DNA of 63,985 nucleotides, filler included, from Octopus bimaculoides (GCF_001194135.2; 5 parts of 5 records of this genome joined end to end with filler, not necessarily neighbours in it); one strand, 5' to 3'; positions 47,579-61,419 are shown, counted from the first letter of the whole stretch. Notes: a model not told the origin generated them from the letters alone. Program-made: numbers and translations.

Positions 47579-49739
47579 CACCTATTTTTGTATTCATAGG
47601 AAAATAAATTCACATATGCGCACAATACATGCACGCTCGTGTTATGTTGATCAATAAGAAACGGCTAGTACCATTCTCTGTGATGTCTTCCGTTGTTTCG
47701 GTCACGTACCACTTCTCTACTGAATCACAATTGTCTGAAGTAAATATTGTAAAAGTTGAAACAGCTGAATAATGATGTGAAGTAAAGCATTATGGTTAAG
47801 GAAAGAAATAACACACGATTTATACGTTATGTTGAAATGCGTCATAGGTATAGTTTTATGTTTTTCTAGCACGGACCAAGACACTTACCCCAACGAAATT
47901 ATGAAACAGCTTACTTCATATGTATATATTGATTTCATAGATCTGAAGAAAATCATGAATGAAAACTAGAAACTTATTTATATGTATGATTCTATAAAAG
48001 CTGGTGGTAATCACTGAAAAACACGTATATATTGAATATATTCCGAAGAAAGTTGCTTATGTGGTTTATTAGACCTAGGTTTTTATAAAGTTAGTGCCTT
48101 TATATATATTATTTTTTACCAAAAATAGGTTGATTTGCCAAATTGAATTTAAGAATCTGCTTCAAAAGAGTTTGAAATGATAAAAAAGTAAAATGTGCGT
48201 GTTTCAAAATTTAATAGAATCAACGAAAAAAATAATTTTCAAAACATATGAAACTATACACGAATTGGGTTGGTTAAATTTAATCTAAGAAGTCAGATAT
48301 ACTTATCTGAATGTTATCAATCCTCAGATAGTCATCGATTTTGCTCTGCATATTTGTATTCCCTCCTATATTCAATAGATCCTTAGGTTCATAAGTAATA
48401 AGATTCTGTTTTCAACTATTCCAGAAATATATGTGCATTTCAATTCCTATCGCATCAAGCTGCACATCACAAAGCTTCGGTACTACAAGATATACAATAC
48501 CGCGATCTGACAGAGGTGCGCTAGTGTGGATTCTCGATGAAGATGTGTATCATGTAATCATGTAGTTCTGGTTTCAATCAGTGGACAGAGACTTGGTCAA
48601 GTGTCTGAGTTGGTCAACACCTTATGAAGAGAAGCTGATAAACTGAAAATGTGAGAGCTCGTCAATCTGTTTATACAGACATATATATATATAATTAAAA
48701 AGTCAATAAAGGAAAACGGAAAAGAAAACTTTTTTAAATGCTTGGTTCATTTTATTTGTATTACAATTGGAAAAGTAATGCAAATTAAAAGATTAAAGGA
48801 TATCCCTACAAGAACAAGTATAAAAGGGACCGCATCAACAAAGTAACTCTAAAATATACAAAAAGATATTCTACATATGTTTCAATATAACAAATTTAGA
48901 ATCATCAATAATTGTAACATTCAAAGATATAATAAGCGGTATATTGTTAGATTCGCTTCAGGAAAAATATGTATACTTTTGTCTTGAGTTACGAAATGAC
49001 TAATTTGAGGACTATGCTTAGGAATTTTCAAATGTAAACAAATTACTTTGAAAGACACAGAGTTCATGTGATTAGAAATTTATCGTTTAAAATTTAAACG
49101 TTAAAATACTACTAAAGCATCAAATTTATTTGAAAACATTATATCTATTATATTTATATTTATAAAGGCTTATGTGAGAGAGGTGGTAGAAAGACAGATG
49201 TGGCTTATCGTGAGGGGTATAATATGCAAAAATCATATTGCGAAATATAAATAAAGATTGGTGAATAACATTGGTGTTATTTAGGAATTGAATTAGTTAG
49301 GGCATAATTTCCAGTGTTCGAATAAAAAATATTTTGTATTTAAAATATAAGGTGTATAAAAATTAGATAATACTCACTTATGAAACGTTGCGAAATGCTA
49401 GAGAAATTAAAAACAGTGTTACAGGATAAATTCCCTAGGTCAAAATTTTAGTAAACTAGTGATCTTTTATTTCATATATATATGTGTACTAATGTCATTC
49501 AATATTTTTAAAATGAAAAATAGCTTGTGTTTCATTTTAGTAATATGTCTATAAGTTATATGGATAAAATAGATATCAATACGTACGTGTAGTTTAAATT
49601 TTCATATTTATATATTGAAATATATTAAAAGTACCAATAGTCATAAATGCGGGATTATAATATTTTATAAAATTAAAAATAATCGATAAAGCTATCGAAA
49701 TACAAAATTTATGTAGAAATTGGGTTGTATTAGGTTCTG

Positions 49740-51239
49740 TGTCATCAGGTGATGAAGATACTCAAAAATAATTACCTGCAAGCCACCCAATTATGAATGA
49801 GCAATATGTTTCTAAATACAGACAAGAAGTTTGGTATTCTAATCCTCTTACTCGAACAGTTGTAAGAACTTCATCTTGTAATACTGTGCGCCAAGAATGT
49901 GGACCATCCCGTTTTGCTAAAAGGTCTTGCAATAGCATTGAAACATGTTTTACTATCTTTATGCGCCATGGACAAATGTTGAAGATCAGGTTGTTTACAA
50001 AGATAAATGGAAGGAAATTCATCACTCTGAACTAAAGATGTTCATTGGACTGATTATTCTTATAGGTATTTAGAAATCTAACCATGAAAACGTCACACAG
50101 TTGCGGAGTCAAGAAGATGGCCGCCCAATACTCAACAAAATTATTAGCCGGGGAAGATTTTAACAGATTTTACAAGTATTGGATTTTAATGATGCTAGTG
50201 CAAGAAGAAAGAGAAGTGATGATAAATTGGAACCCATAAGAGAAGTATTTGAAATGTGGAATCAGAGTTTGCAAGATGGGTATATTCCAAGTTGATGCAA
50301 GACAATTGATGAACAATTAGTTTCAATCAGAGGGCGCTGCCCATTCCGGGTATATATTCCTTCAAAATTAGGGAAATATGGAATTAAAATTTGGCCAATA
50401 TGCGACAGTGAAATATCTTACACCTGGAAAATGCAAATCTACACTGGAAAAGTCCCAGTAAAAAGGAGAGAGACAAATCAATGTTCAAGAATTGTTGATG
50501 ACCTAGTAAAAGTACTTGAAAATATTCGTCACAATATAACTTGTGATAATTTCTTTACAAGTCTAGAATTGGCTAAAGATAACTACTTTAGTTGGAACAA
50601 TTAGAAAGAACATACATTTGCAAAAGAACCGAAGATGACCTATGATTATATTCTACAACAGGATTGATATAAGTGCAGTGATTGTTTTCATTGTAGCAAA
50701 ACAGCTTCACTTGCAAAGTTTCGAGGATAAAAGAAGGCAATGCCTAATTCAGTTAGGAAAGGAACTTGCTGAAGTTAATGCTAAACAAGAACATGACAAA
50801 CAATCTTCTAGTTCCGCTAACATTTCTCAACCAAACAAGAAAAGAAGACGATCTTCAACCTCATTTGAGATTCCTCAGCCAAAGAAAAAAGGAAGATGTT
50901 CTTTGCGCGACCCCAAAACAAACAGGAAAACTCGTACTACATGTAATAATTATAATATCCATGTGTGCCAAGAACATTCCAACGTTGTCAGCATTCACTG
51001 CCATAAAGAGCTGTAATTCTGTATTTTTGTAATTTTTAAAATTCATAATATATTCTGTAAGCTGTATTTTTTTAAATTAAAATTTGTTAGAAACAGTAAT
51101 TTTTCATTCACCTGATAGCATATACAATGTAGCTAAGAAATAGTGGTAGTTTGAATAAAATTCAATTAGAAGAAAAATATTGGATCCGTTGGGCCCAGTT
51201 GGTAATTAGTGACATATATTTTCTCTGGTAAACCAAGGG
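49740..51239 (+). mobile_element. piggyBac transposon relic (PGBD4-like transposase pseudogene and right end)
   Basis: ELKMFIGLIIL, DKLEPIREVFE, TIDEQL..RGRCPFRVYIPSK.GKYGIK, ITCDNFFTS, TLVGTIRKN, C-terminal Cys-rich domain; ends AGGG|TTAA at 51236-51243. The third catalytic Asp region is deleted and no left TIR was found. Confidence 0.9.
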
Positions 51240-51461
51240 TTAAGAAGTATATAATTATAGAAAAATTATAGTTTGAGACATACCTGCAGCGATTTAATAG
51301 TTTGAATCTTTCTTATATTGCATGTTCATTATGAAATATGGTGAAAAAGTTTTCCATAAACACAGTTCACAATATAAATATGATTTGGAAGAATCTATGC
51401 TTAGCGATATTTCGCCTGTGTTTACGTTTTGAGTTCAAATTACGCTTACATTGCTTTTTGT

Positions 51462-51860
51462 AGGCGCAGGAGTGGTTGTGTGGTAAGTAGCTTGTTTACC
51501 AACCACATGGTTCCGGGTTCAGTCCCACTGCGTGGCACCTTGGGCAAGTGTCTTCTACTATTGCCTCAGGCCGACCAAAGCCTTGTGAGTGGATTTGGTA
51601 GACGGAAACTGAAAGAAGCCCGTCGTATATATGTATATATATGTGTTGTGTTTGTGTGTCTGTGTTTGTCCCCCCCCCCGCAACATTGCTTGACATCCGA
51701 TACTGGTGTGCTTACGTCTACGTAACTTAGTGGTTCGGCAAAAAGAGACCGATAGTATAAGTATTGGGCTAACAAAGAATAAGTCCTGAAGTCGATTTGC
51801 TCGACTAAAAGGTAGTGCTCCAGCATGGCCGCAGTCAAATGACTGAAACAAGTAAAAGAA
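51462..51860 (+). mobile_element. Full-length family A SINE
   Basis: Matches 3959-4418; preceded by a Nin-like fragment at about 51398-51455. Confidence 0.88.
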
Positions 51861-52344
51861 TAAAAAAATAATAATATACTAGAAGAAACACGTTCAAAAT
51901 CTATGTATGCTTAAAAGAATGGATATTCTGGCAAAATCGCTTCTTGAATTTCATTTTAGGTAATCTAATGTAACATTTAAACTAAGTGCTATCAACTAAC
52001 TCACTAACTGCATCTTAGCACAATAATTTCGAAAGGAAATTGGTGTTGAAAGGAAAGCTATCTGGAGCAATGCAATTATCGGTAAGAGTAGAGACAGAAT
52101 TACTGATGTCAGAGAACATCTTTTAATAGAAATGGTTAATTGAACAAGTAAATTTTATAGCAGAAATAGCAATCGTTGCATGAGCTTCGGCTAAATATAC
52201 AATATCTATATATGACTCGTCAGAAAATTAAAACTAATCAAATCTGGAATTTATTGTAAATACTTAACATTACAATTAAACTAAAAAGTACATAATATTC
52301 CCAGCTATTTCTCTGTGTATATATGTGTGTGGGCATGTGCATAT

Positions 52345-52387
<43 letters not shown>

Positions 52388-53229
52388 CACGGTGCGATGA
52401 ATAAATTGTCACCATTTTATTTTTTTATTTCGCGCATGCGCATTATTTGTTCTTTTATTTTGTCGACTACACAGTATAGTTAGGTCAGTTGGACACCGTG
52501 TGTGAGAAAAACAGCGCCATGACGCAATTCACTCTGCCATAAATTTGTAAATGACATGCTGTACTGCTTGGCATTCGCGCCGGAATCTCCAATACGAATA
52601 TTTCAGAGTGTTTGGGTGTGAATCTGAAGACAGTGCAATCTGAAGACAGTGCGATCTGAAGACATCTACCAAAGGTGATAAAAATCAAACATCCACTCAA
52701 CATCATTGTGTTTGGAATGATCACTAGTGATGGCCACGGTATGCCTCCATTCATTCCCCCACAGGGCCTCACGCTCAACACGGAGGCCTACATTAAGTGC
52801 CTGAAGGAGGTAGTGCTGCTACACAAGCAGAAGAACCCAATCATGGCTGTTAGATAATTTCAGCGTCTACACTGCCCCTAACATCTAACCACCTAACTCT
52901 CCAGACTGCAACCCTTTGATTATTATGTGTGGGACGCAGTTGAGCAAGAGACCAACAACACTCCTTGTAACACCAAAGATGAACTGGATGCAAGTATTAT
53001 GGCAGCATTCAGCAACTTAAACAAGGAAACCGTCTAGAAGAGTTGCAGAAGATGCCGAAGTCGTCTGAAGGCCGTAGTTGAAGCCAATGGCGATTTTATT
53101 GAATAAATTTACTCTTTAGTATTTCAAGATATTTTTATGTAATTTTGGTAAATATAACTGTTAAAATGAGATATCAGTATTATTTGCATTTCTGTGCAAT
53201 TTAGACGACAGTTTATTCACCGCACCCTT
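52388..53229 (+). mobile_element. Internally deleted Tc1/mariner element (maT/rosa-like)
   Basis: 22-bp TIRs cacggtgcgatgaataaattgt / acagtttattcaccgcaccctt with TA at both ends; KHPLNIIVFGMITSDG, NSPDCNPFDYYVW, EANGDFIE. Confidence 0.88.
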
Positions 53230-53235
53230 TATGCA

Positions 53236-54325
53236 TTAGGTCGTCGAGTATGAAATTTGTAGAAAAAAAAGTTTGCTAATGTTTTATTAATACAAGGAAT
53301 AGTTTTATTCATCAAAGTATGCACCCATATTGTCAATATACTTTTGCCATTTGAGCGGTAGCTTGTCCAGCCCGGAACTGTAAAAGCCTGGCAATCTAGA
53401 ATCAATAGCAGGCCTGTTTTTACAGCATCGTAGGAATTAAATTTTCTTCCTATCAAAAAGTTATCCAAATTCTGGAAGAAGTGGTAGCCAGTGGAGGCAA
53501 AATTAGGTGAGTATAGTGGATGATGGAGAACTTCCAGCTCCAACGTAGTTTCGCCAATGTCATTTTTGCGATGTATGGTCTGGCATTGTCTTGCAATAAA
53601 ACAGGAGTGGATCGGTTGACTAATCTAGGCTGTTTTTGTTCAATCATTGTACTAAATGCTTACGGTTGTTGTATTGGATCCATTTCTTATCACATGCTCC
53701 AATTCAATTCAAAAATGATTCATTTTGTGACGAGTGAATTGCATAATGCAGGCTTCCAAACGTTGCTGTTTCTGATTTTCATTGAGTTCATGTGGAACCC
53801 ACTTATCCAAATTTTTCACTTTACCGATTTGAACTAGGTGAGTCAATATTGTTTGCTTGCTAACACCAAACAACAATGATAATTCACGGGCACTTTGAGA
53901 TGGATCTGACTCGACAGCGTCTTTCAGTTCGTCATTATCCACTTTTGTTTCTGGTCAATCACGTTGTTCATTTGTGAGGTGAAAGTGACCAGAAGGAAAT
54001 TTTGGAAACCATTTTGATACTGTCTGCTCTTAAATAACATTAGAATGAAATACTCCATTACTATTCCGAGCTGTCTGTGATGTATTTCCAAGAAAGAACT
54101 CGTATTTAAAAACTACGAATTTCCGACTTATCCATCTCTAAAAAAAAAATAGCAAAAACGATTTATAAATGCTTTATAAAGCGCAAAATGAGTTACAATA
54201 AAGAAATAGATGTATCAGTTTTCTAACAAAAAATAAAGATTCCCAAAATACAATAAGGGTACAAAATGAGCAGCTGTCAAAGTTTATCATATACCTTAGT
54301 ACAATTTTCATACTTGACGACCTCA
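53236..54325 (-). mobile_element. Internally deleted mariner element (SETMAR/Hsmar-like)
   Basis: TIRs ttaggtcgtcgagtatgaaa / tttcatacttgacgacctca; DPSQSARELS..LDKWVPHELNENQK, LLQDNARPY, LHHPLYSPNFASTGYHFF. Confidence 0.9.
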
Positions 54326-57300
54326 TANNNNNNNNNNNNNNNNNNNNNNNNNNNNNNNNNNNNNNNNNNNNTTAATTAATTAANNNNNNNNNNNNNNNNN
54401 NNNNNNNNNNNNNNNNNNNNNNNNNNNACCTAATTTAGAGAATTAACATTGCTTGTTTTCACTTTTTCGATATCAGTGAAGAATTTCACTGGAAAAAGGT
54501 ACATAAGGTTGCCAAGAATTTATCTCTCTCATCGCAGATCGGTGGCTATCGGACGCTAACGAAGGGAAATAACCCTGAAACCCGGGTCCGTTCGTGCTAC
54601 AGATCACGATGAGAGGGATAACTTCCCTTGGCAAAACAAACAGGACACAGAAGTGTGTCGATAAGCCAGCTGGAGGAGATGTCCTCCTGGGGCTAAAGGC
54701 AACAGTAACATCCACCCCTAGGGGTCAGCCACATTTAAGTGACAATATACTTCACTATATATATATATATATATATATATACACGTACATGCATACATAC
54801 ATACATACGTACATACAGACAGACAGGCATATAGACACACACACATACACACATATCGGTTGAAGAAAGTTAAAAAATGGTCCGGTTTTCACATTTTTCA
54901 TTATGGTATTTTAACATTAGAAAATATTTTGTAATGTTCATAAAGTTCAATTAGCGCTTTCATACATTTGGTAGTAATCGTCAGATTTCAAATGTATTTA
55001 ACTGACAGTTGATTTCTTGACAATTGTAGTATCTCTTAGAACGCTCCAACAAGCTGAATTTATTGAATACGGTTTTGACCAATCCGCATACAGCTTAAAC
55101 GTCACGGTTTGCCAGGCGTACCGATATTCTGTAATTTGTTTATATTCATATGTTAAAGATATTTTTTAATCCACATAATTAACTGGTTGTTATATTATTG
55201 TTGTTATTTCCGTTCAGAACATGTTTGGACATTTTAATAAACCGCTTTTCTTTTATCTTTCTTCCAACTTCACTTATGTCATATAGTTTGTGGAAAGGAA
55301 AAATTAGAAACATTTTCTGTCTACATATTNNNNNNNNNNATATATATATATATATATATACAAGACGGGCTTCAACACAGTTTGAGTTTCTCAAATTCGG
55401 TCAGAAAGTATTGGTTTGCAAAGGACTATAGTAGAAGACACTTTCCCAAGGTGCCACGCTGTGGACTGAACCCCCAAACCACTTAGTTGCAAAAGCAAGC
55501 TTCTTAATAACTGGGCCATGCTTGCGTAGTCGTATTTTGAACCATGATTCTGCGCAACATAGACAAGCATGGGAATAACTTTATGAAGAGCAGCGAGAAT
55601 GCATTTTAGCTCAAGATCGTTAACAGTATATATTTTCACAACAAAATACTTCCTCAAAAACAGATTTTAGAACAAGATGTTGAGTATTGAGTAGCATCGT
55701 TGAGCACACCAGTGACTCCTCCCACCAAAAAAAGAAACAAAACAAAAAACAGCAACTAATAGTTCATAATAGACTTAATCGTTAAAACAGGCAAAGAAGA
55801 ATGCTGAATGTCGCAAAACACCATGACACAGGCTCAATGCTATAAGTAACGATCTACGTAACCCATTATAGTTGTGATTTAAAGAACGTGAGATGACACA
55901 CTAATGTTTATAGGAGAGCCCAGTGGATGAACATTCTCCTATCCCGATTTTAATATTTTCTATAAATCTGACTTAATCCACTTTCCAGAAGCACCAGATA
56001 TGAACTACATCAATTGCTCATGATAGATTCACCAGAAACAAAATATTTCTGAAGAAACATTTAGAGGTTCAACAGTGCTATGGCCATGTATAGCATGAAA
56101 GTAGACGATGCTCCATCTACTCGAGATCGTTCTATTGTATATAGATACTGCTTTCGTACGTGTCATTGTTAACGTGTAGCCGTTATGTAAAATACATTAT
56201 GCTTAATATAAAGTTTACATTTTTTTTTAATAAGTACTTCTATTCAACTTTCGGTAGCCGGGGGTGTTTGTCACAGAGGAGGGGCGATGAGATCGAAACA
56301 GCAGTTTCTGACAATCACTCAACGACATTCTGATTGGCTACTATATTTTTTAACGTACATGTCTCTTTGAGAAGTTTCTCTAAGAAAGTATGACAACTAG
56401 TGTCGTTATACGTTTGTATATACATTATAAATGTTATACAAATCGGTAATTTAATTTGTTTTTCAAGTGCGTATATTGACTTTTTCAGTTAATTTTCTTA
56501 ACAATTAAATTAGAATGGAATTTTAAGCTCCACATTGATACTCACATAAGTTTCTAAAGGATTGTCTGTGTATAATAGAAAAAATATCAAATCCTCTTCA
56601 AGTTGAAATTGCTTGTTTGCTTAACGTTATTGGAAACTGGAGATAAACATTGGCTCACTGAACATCAAAATTACATAAAAGGACACACTGTTCTAACATA
56701 AGACAATAAAAATGGTTTTTTTTAAAAATGCATTGGTGATATTTTAGTTGTTAATAAACGATACAGTCGGCTAAGTTATTTTCTCAGCGTATTACTGGTA
56801 CTTTATATGTTCACTGATGAATAGCTTTCTTCAGTCTTTTTCCTGTAACATCATGGAAAGAGTCGTTTCTAAGAACGGGTCACGCTGATCGGAATCTTCT
56901 TCAAAATACATTATACCATAACACATTCCATCCGTTTCTTTATTCACTGAAACCATCAATACCACCACCACCACCACCACCANNNNNNNNNNNNNNNNNN
57001 NNNNNNNNNNNNNNNNNNNNNNNNNNNNNNNNNNNNNNNNNNNNNNNNNNNNNNNNNNNNNNNNNNNNNNNNNNNNNNNNNNNNNNNNNNNNNNNNNNNN
57101 NNNNNNNNNNNNNNNNNNNNNNNNNNNNNNNNNNNNNNNNNNNNNNNNNNNNNNNNNNNNNNNNNNNNNNNNNNNNNNNNNNNNNNNNNNNNNNNNNNNN
57201 NNNNNNNNNNNNNNNNNNNNNNNNNNNNNNNNNNNNNNNNNNNNNNNNNNNNNNNNNNNNNNNNNNNNNNNNNNNNNNNNNNNNNNNNNNNNNNNNNNNN

Positions 57301-57501
57301 NNNNNNNNNNNNNNNNNNNNNNNNNNNNNNNNNNNNNNNNNNNNNNNNNNNNNNNNNNNNNNNNNNNNNNNNNNNNNNNNNNNNNNNNNNNNNNNNNNNN
57401 NNNNNNNNNNNNNNNNNNNNNNNNNNNNNNNNNNNNNNNNNNNNNNNNNNNNNNNNNNNNNNNNNNNNNNNNNNNNNNNNNNNNNNNNNNNNNNNNNNNN
57501 N

Positions 57502-57536
<35 letters not shown>

Positions 57537-57960
57537 GAGAAAGAATGAAAGAAAGAAAGAGAGAGAGTTATAGATACATTGCCTTCCTCGCTCATTTGTC
57601 CTTACTGTCTTTTAAGAAACTCTACATTACAGTTTACTCTCTATTATTTTAAAGTATCTATTCTTGTTTCTCCTTTTGATTTTACACACAGTTTTCTCAT
57701 TTCCCCCCCCCCCTACACCTCCACTACTACTTTATCGTCTTAATCTCATTCAGTTTCTATCTTTCATACTTACTGATATTATTCCTTCATTGTTTTTCAT
57801 TCTTTATCTTTCACTTATTTTCATTACTTTTTCTATTTATTTTGTTATACGTTCTGTTGTTACTCTAATTGTGTATATGTCTCTATGCACAAACATATAA
57901 GGAGAGCGAGAGAAGCAACGTAACATATGAACATCATGTACATTTCTGTACTCATATGCT

Positions 57961-58044
57961 TCAGATACAACAGAATACTGAACTGTAGTAGATATATTAT
58001 ATTTAATATATTTACTATTGTTCAGTATTCTGTATTATATCTGA
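57961..58044 (+). other. 84-nt hairpin with an approximately 39-bp stem
   Basis: 57961-57999 pairs with 58004-58044 with 2 G-U pairs, 2 mismatches and one 2-nt bulge. Confidence 0.8.
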
Positions 58045-58742
58045 TATATTTACTGTAATCTATAATACATATTATGAAAACTGAATGAGGCATTGCCAAC
58101 TTCATGTCAGGTTTACTCGATACAAGAGCTACATTTAGTCGTTTGTGATTAACTTCAAAATTCCAGTACTGTTACAAATCTCGCGTAAGCTTGCAATTTC
58201 TCTTGCGTACCTGCAGGGGTACGTGTACCTCAGTTTGAAAACTCTTGTATCATCAAATTATCATTTGTACCGATCTGAAGTGAAAGGTTACATAACAATA
58301 AGTTTGTACGAGAGCCTACAAATGCTGGGGCTCTGCAATAAAGAAGAAAGTAAACTGATTCACATCCTTTAAATGCAACTTACTCTGGCACAGTAAGAAT
58401 TTGTAAAGCATTCCATGGATTATCCATTTGAGAGAATGTAACTGAGCCTATATTTCTGAATTGAATACATGCTCACAATGACATACACTACAAAAACATA
58501 TATGAATGAAGCACAGGTACTACACGAATCTATGGCATGCACACATTCATTCACATTTTCACAGAAAGGATCTGTCTTAACTTAAACAAAGGCTTTCTTA
58601 GTGCTCGACTTGAATTCTGTACTGGAAAAAAATATCCAAAAGATGTATGTATGTATGTATGTATGTATGTTTGTATGTATGTATGTTTGTATGTATGTAT
58701 GTATGTTTGTATGTATGTATGTTTGTATGTATGTATGTATGT

Positions 58743-59128
58743 GGAGGCGCAATGGCCCAGTGGTTAGGGCAGTGAACTCGCGGTCATAGGATCGCGGTTT
58801 CGATTCCCAGACTAGGCGTTGTGAGTGTTTATTGTGCGAAAACACCTGAAGCTCCACGAGGCTCCGGCAGGGGATGGTGGCGAACCCTGCTGTACTCTTT
58901 CACCACAACTTTCTCTCACTCTTACTTCCTGTTTCTGTTGTGCCTGTAATTCAAAGGGTCAGCCTTGTCACACTATGTCACGCTGAATATCCCCGAGAAC
59001 TACGTTAAGGGTACACGTATATGTGGAGTGCTCAGCCACTTGCACATTAATTTCACAAGCAGGCTGTTCCGTTGATCGGATCAACTGGAACCCTCGACGT
59101 CGTAAGCGACGGAGCGCCAGCAACAACA
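58743..59128 (+). mobile_element. Full-length tRNA(Arg-like)-derived CORE-type SINE with (CAA)n tail
   Basis: A box TGGCCCAGTGG, B box GGTTTCGATTCC; inserted in a (TATG)n tract. Confidence 0.88.
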
Positions 59129-59722
59129 TGTATGTATTATGTATATGTACATATAGATATATGTAGATATGCACGCGTGCGCACACGCACACTCAAATTT
59201 CAGGATTCGAGAGAATCTGGTACTTAAATAATGAAAGCGCCAAGATAGGGACGGTAATAGCGCGACTGTGTACAAACAATGGTTAACGACATATACGTAC
59301 TCAGGAAGGTAAACAAGGATTTGTTCTCCAGTTATGCATATATTCACAAATAGCTGACTGAATACACAACGAGTCGTCAAGGTCATACATGGGTATGACT
59401 TCAGATCCAAACGAATTGCAGGTTCTAAATTAGGTGAAGGATAAACGATAGCAACAGAAGGATTGTGGTTCACTACAGCTGTTTCAGACGTGTTTTTTTT
59501 ATTGATGAACAGAAGTGTTACATATGTGGTAGTGACGGCGGCAGCGGTAACGGTGGTGCTGATGGAAAGAAGAAATGTAAGAAATGCAAAACATTACCAG
59601 TAATAACGACGTTAACAACTACAAACATGCACACGCGCACACACGCACACAAACACACACACACACACACACACATATTGAAGATCACGCTCTAGCAGGG
59701 CCTTAGCCGTTATAGCTAAAAT

Positions 59723-60100
59723 TGTTGTTGTTGGCACTCCGTCGCTTACGACGTCGAGGGTTCCAGTTGATCCAATTAACGGAACAGACTGCTCGTGAAA
59801 TTAACGTGCAAGTGGCTGAGCACTCCACAGACACGTGTACCCTTAACGTAGTTCTCGGGGATATTCAGCGTGACAATGCTGGTCCTTTGAATTACAGGCA
59901 CAACAGAAACAGGAAGAAAGAGTGAGAGAAAGTTGTGGTGAAAGAGTACAGCAGGGTTCGCCACCATCCCCTGCCGGAGCCAAGTGGAGCTTTAGGTGTT
60001 TTCGCTCAATAAACACTCACAACGCCCGGTCTGGGAATCGAAACCGCGATCCTATGATCGCGAGTCCGCTGCCCTAACCACTGGGCCATTGCGCCTCTAC
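59723..60100 (-). mobile_element. Second full-length copy of the same SINE, with 12-bp TSD
   Basis: Reverse complement of 58743-59128; TATAGCTAAAAT is duplicated at 59711-59722 and 60101-60112. Confidence 0.9.
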
Positions 60101-60780
60101 TATAGCTAAAATAAACAAAACTAATCCGTCAAAAACTCAGAAACTCACACATACACACACACGTACATACACCAATCGTAAAATACAGACCTTCGATCAT
60201 TGTCTTACATCCAGTCGAATCAATCAGCTATGACACTGCAGTTACTTTTTGTGGATGGGGGAATGGAGAAATAAACAACAATAAATAAATAAAAATTACT
60301 CAAAACAAAAATAATTTGTCTCTTTTAATAGATAAATGATTTTAACTCTTAAAAAAATATTGAAGATTTGTTAAATTAGAAGTCCAATCCTATAATGATT
60401 CTGTTAAAGAAAAGATTAGAGTTTTATCCTTAGCAGTTCCTTACTTTCTTTAAAATGAATGTAAACAACATTAGTACGATCTGTGTGATATCGTGCGTTT
60501 CAAAACTGGCTGAACGATGTAGAATTGTGCGAGAGCTATAAGTATTCTCTCAGAAATGGAAAGACATTTACTTTTTGATTCGCAAAAATATGATGGTTTT
60601 TGTTGTGATTTTCGTAAATATTAAGTAGACATAAAAAAAGGTGGATTTTGTTTCAAGGAATAAAGTGTGAATGGCTATAAATAACGATACCAAACTAAAA
60701 AAGTTGAAACAAAATACAAAATTTGTTTAAAGAAGAACCTAATGCAATATAGCTCCACTTCATTTATTATTATTATTATT

Positions 60781-61331
60781 GAGTGAGAGAGTAGTGCATG
60801 CTATCAAAGTGACACAGGTAAAATATACGAAGCCCAGTATACCCATCATGACTACTCATCTGATAAGGGTACACAAGGCACACTCATCACAACCACATGT
60901 GCACGACATGGTGATCTCATACCAAGATAAACGGCACAATACCTTGTAGGTGGGGCCCAGTTAGAATTTTCTTCAGGTCGAGTAGCCCATCCCGTTCAAA
61001 CGGTCCCTAAATAAGGGCTGTTTAAGGATGATGAACAAAACACCCATGTTTCCAAAGGTGAATTATCCAAACCCCAAAGAATTCCTCTCAATACATGGCT
61101 ATGATGTGCCCCCGATACTTCTGCTCGTGATCAGAGATGCATATATTGTCAGCCATTAAGAGACATGTTCAACTGGTTAAAGTCAAACAACTGACAAGCA
61201 AATCTGTAGTATTGAGCAGAATATTTGCTGTAGCCCATCTTTTATACCAAGACAAAACAATGTGCATCTTAACACTTCCAATCAGTTAAGATCAGAAATA
61301 ATAGGAGCCACTGCCTGGTACTGCATCAGGG

Positions 61332-61333
<2 letters not shown>
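60781..61333 (+). mobile_element. Unclassified approximately 550-bp non-coding dispersed repeat flanked by (TTA)n
   Basis: A second, diverged copy lies at 63466-63985. Confidence 0.75.
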
Positions 61334-61403
<70 letters not shown>

Positions 61404-61419
61404 CATTATTATTATTTAA

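Noticed and set aside
56831-56946. Possible terminal exon NKETDGMCYGIMYFEEDSDQRDPFLETTLSMMLQEKD*
   Set aside because: The acceptor lacks a pyrimidine tract, there is no recognisable homology, and the upstream sequence is a gap.
58743-58815. tRNA-like sequences with A and B boxes (also in other SINE heads)
   Set aside because: They continue into SINE bodies with tails and TSDs and lack a proper acceptor stem; not tRNA genes.
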